Positions 63,511 to 64,000 of a stretch of DNA of 64,000 bases are shown piece after piece. Position numbers and translations under genes: made by a program. The notes below the pieces were generated by a model. That model saw only the letters and a list, made by a program, of their open reading frames with translations, made no database searches and was not told the DNA's origin. Location of the stretch: the NCBI GenBank assembly GCA_030390025.1, contig CM059432.1, positions 108,254,001 to 108,318,000 of the forward strand. Reading direction: 5' to 3'. This DNA comes from Squalus acanthias. Taxonomy: Eukaryota. Each line of letters starts with the position of its first letter. The first letter of the stretch is position 1.

Positions 63511-64000
63511 CCAACTGAGACAGTCTGATAGGCTGAGAATCTCCAGCCTATGTCCCCTTATTAATGATTTGTCAACCTGTGGAACCAGTTTCTTATTACA
63601 GTCCCCATAGAGTGGGCACCTTCCTGCTAGCGCGATTTCCCGCTATACACAGTGGATGGTAAATCCACAACAAGCTGCAGCATGAAATAACTCCCATAGT
63701 TGTTAACAGTGTGAACAGCTGATTGAAGCTGCCTGAAGTCTCCATTTGCCAACTGCCTCTCGTAGTCGTTACCAGTGCGCCGCTTTTAAATCGACAAGTA
63801 CAGACGATTAATGCTTTGGATGGATCATCATAATTTGGTTTCGCCCATCATGGAGGTGTGAAGAGTTTATTGAATTGCACGAGATGGCTGGTGCATTTAA
63901 TACGTTATAAGCGCCGCCTTCGTAATTGACTTCTATGTTACTGGCAAATGGCTAGTGCCATTTGCCCGATACAGGCGGCAGCCCGTGATAAGTGAGCACG

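Overview
Eukaryotic, repeat-dominated vertebrate DNA. The repeat repertoire (CR1, L2, DeuSINE, Penelope-type inverted termini, RTE) points to a cartilaginous fish such as a shark; this is inference. The only host gene found is the 3' end of VPS41 on the minus strand: six coding exons between 58713 and 45762, all with GT-AG boundaries and matching phases. The most notable feature is an apparently intact, autonomous PIF/Harbinger DNA transposon at 4513-8675. It has short TIRs, an ATA target-site duplication, an uninterrupted 386-aa DDE transposase and a convergent three-exon Myb/SANT partner gene (458 aa after manual splicing). The window also holds an 874-bp non-autonomous derivative of it, several other Harbinger-type MITEs with 3-bp TSDs, three decayed Harbinger copies, a near full-length CR1 with an intact SGNH-esterase ORF1, an RTE LINE and multi-level nested insertions. 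Coordinates of degraded repeats are approximate and were read by eye; no database search was run.
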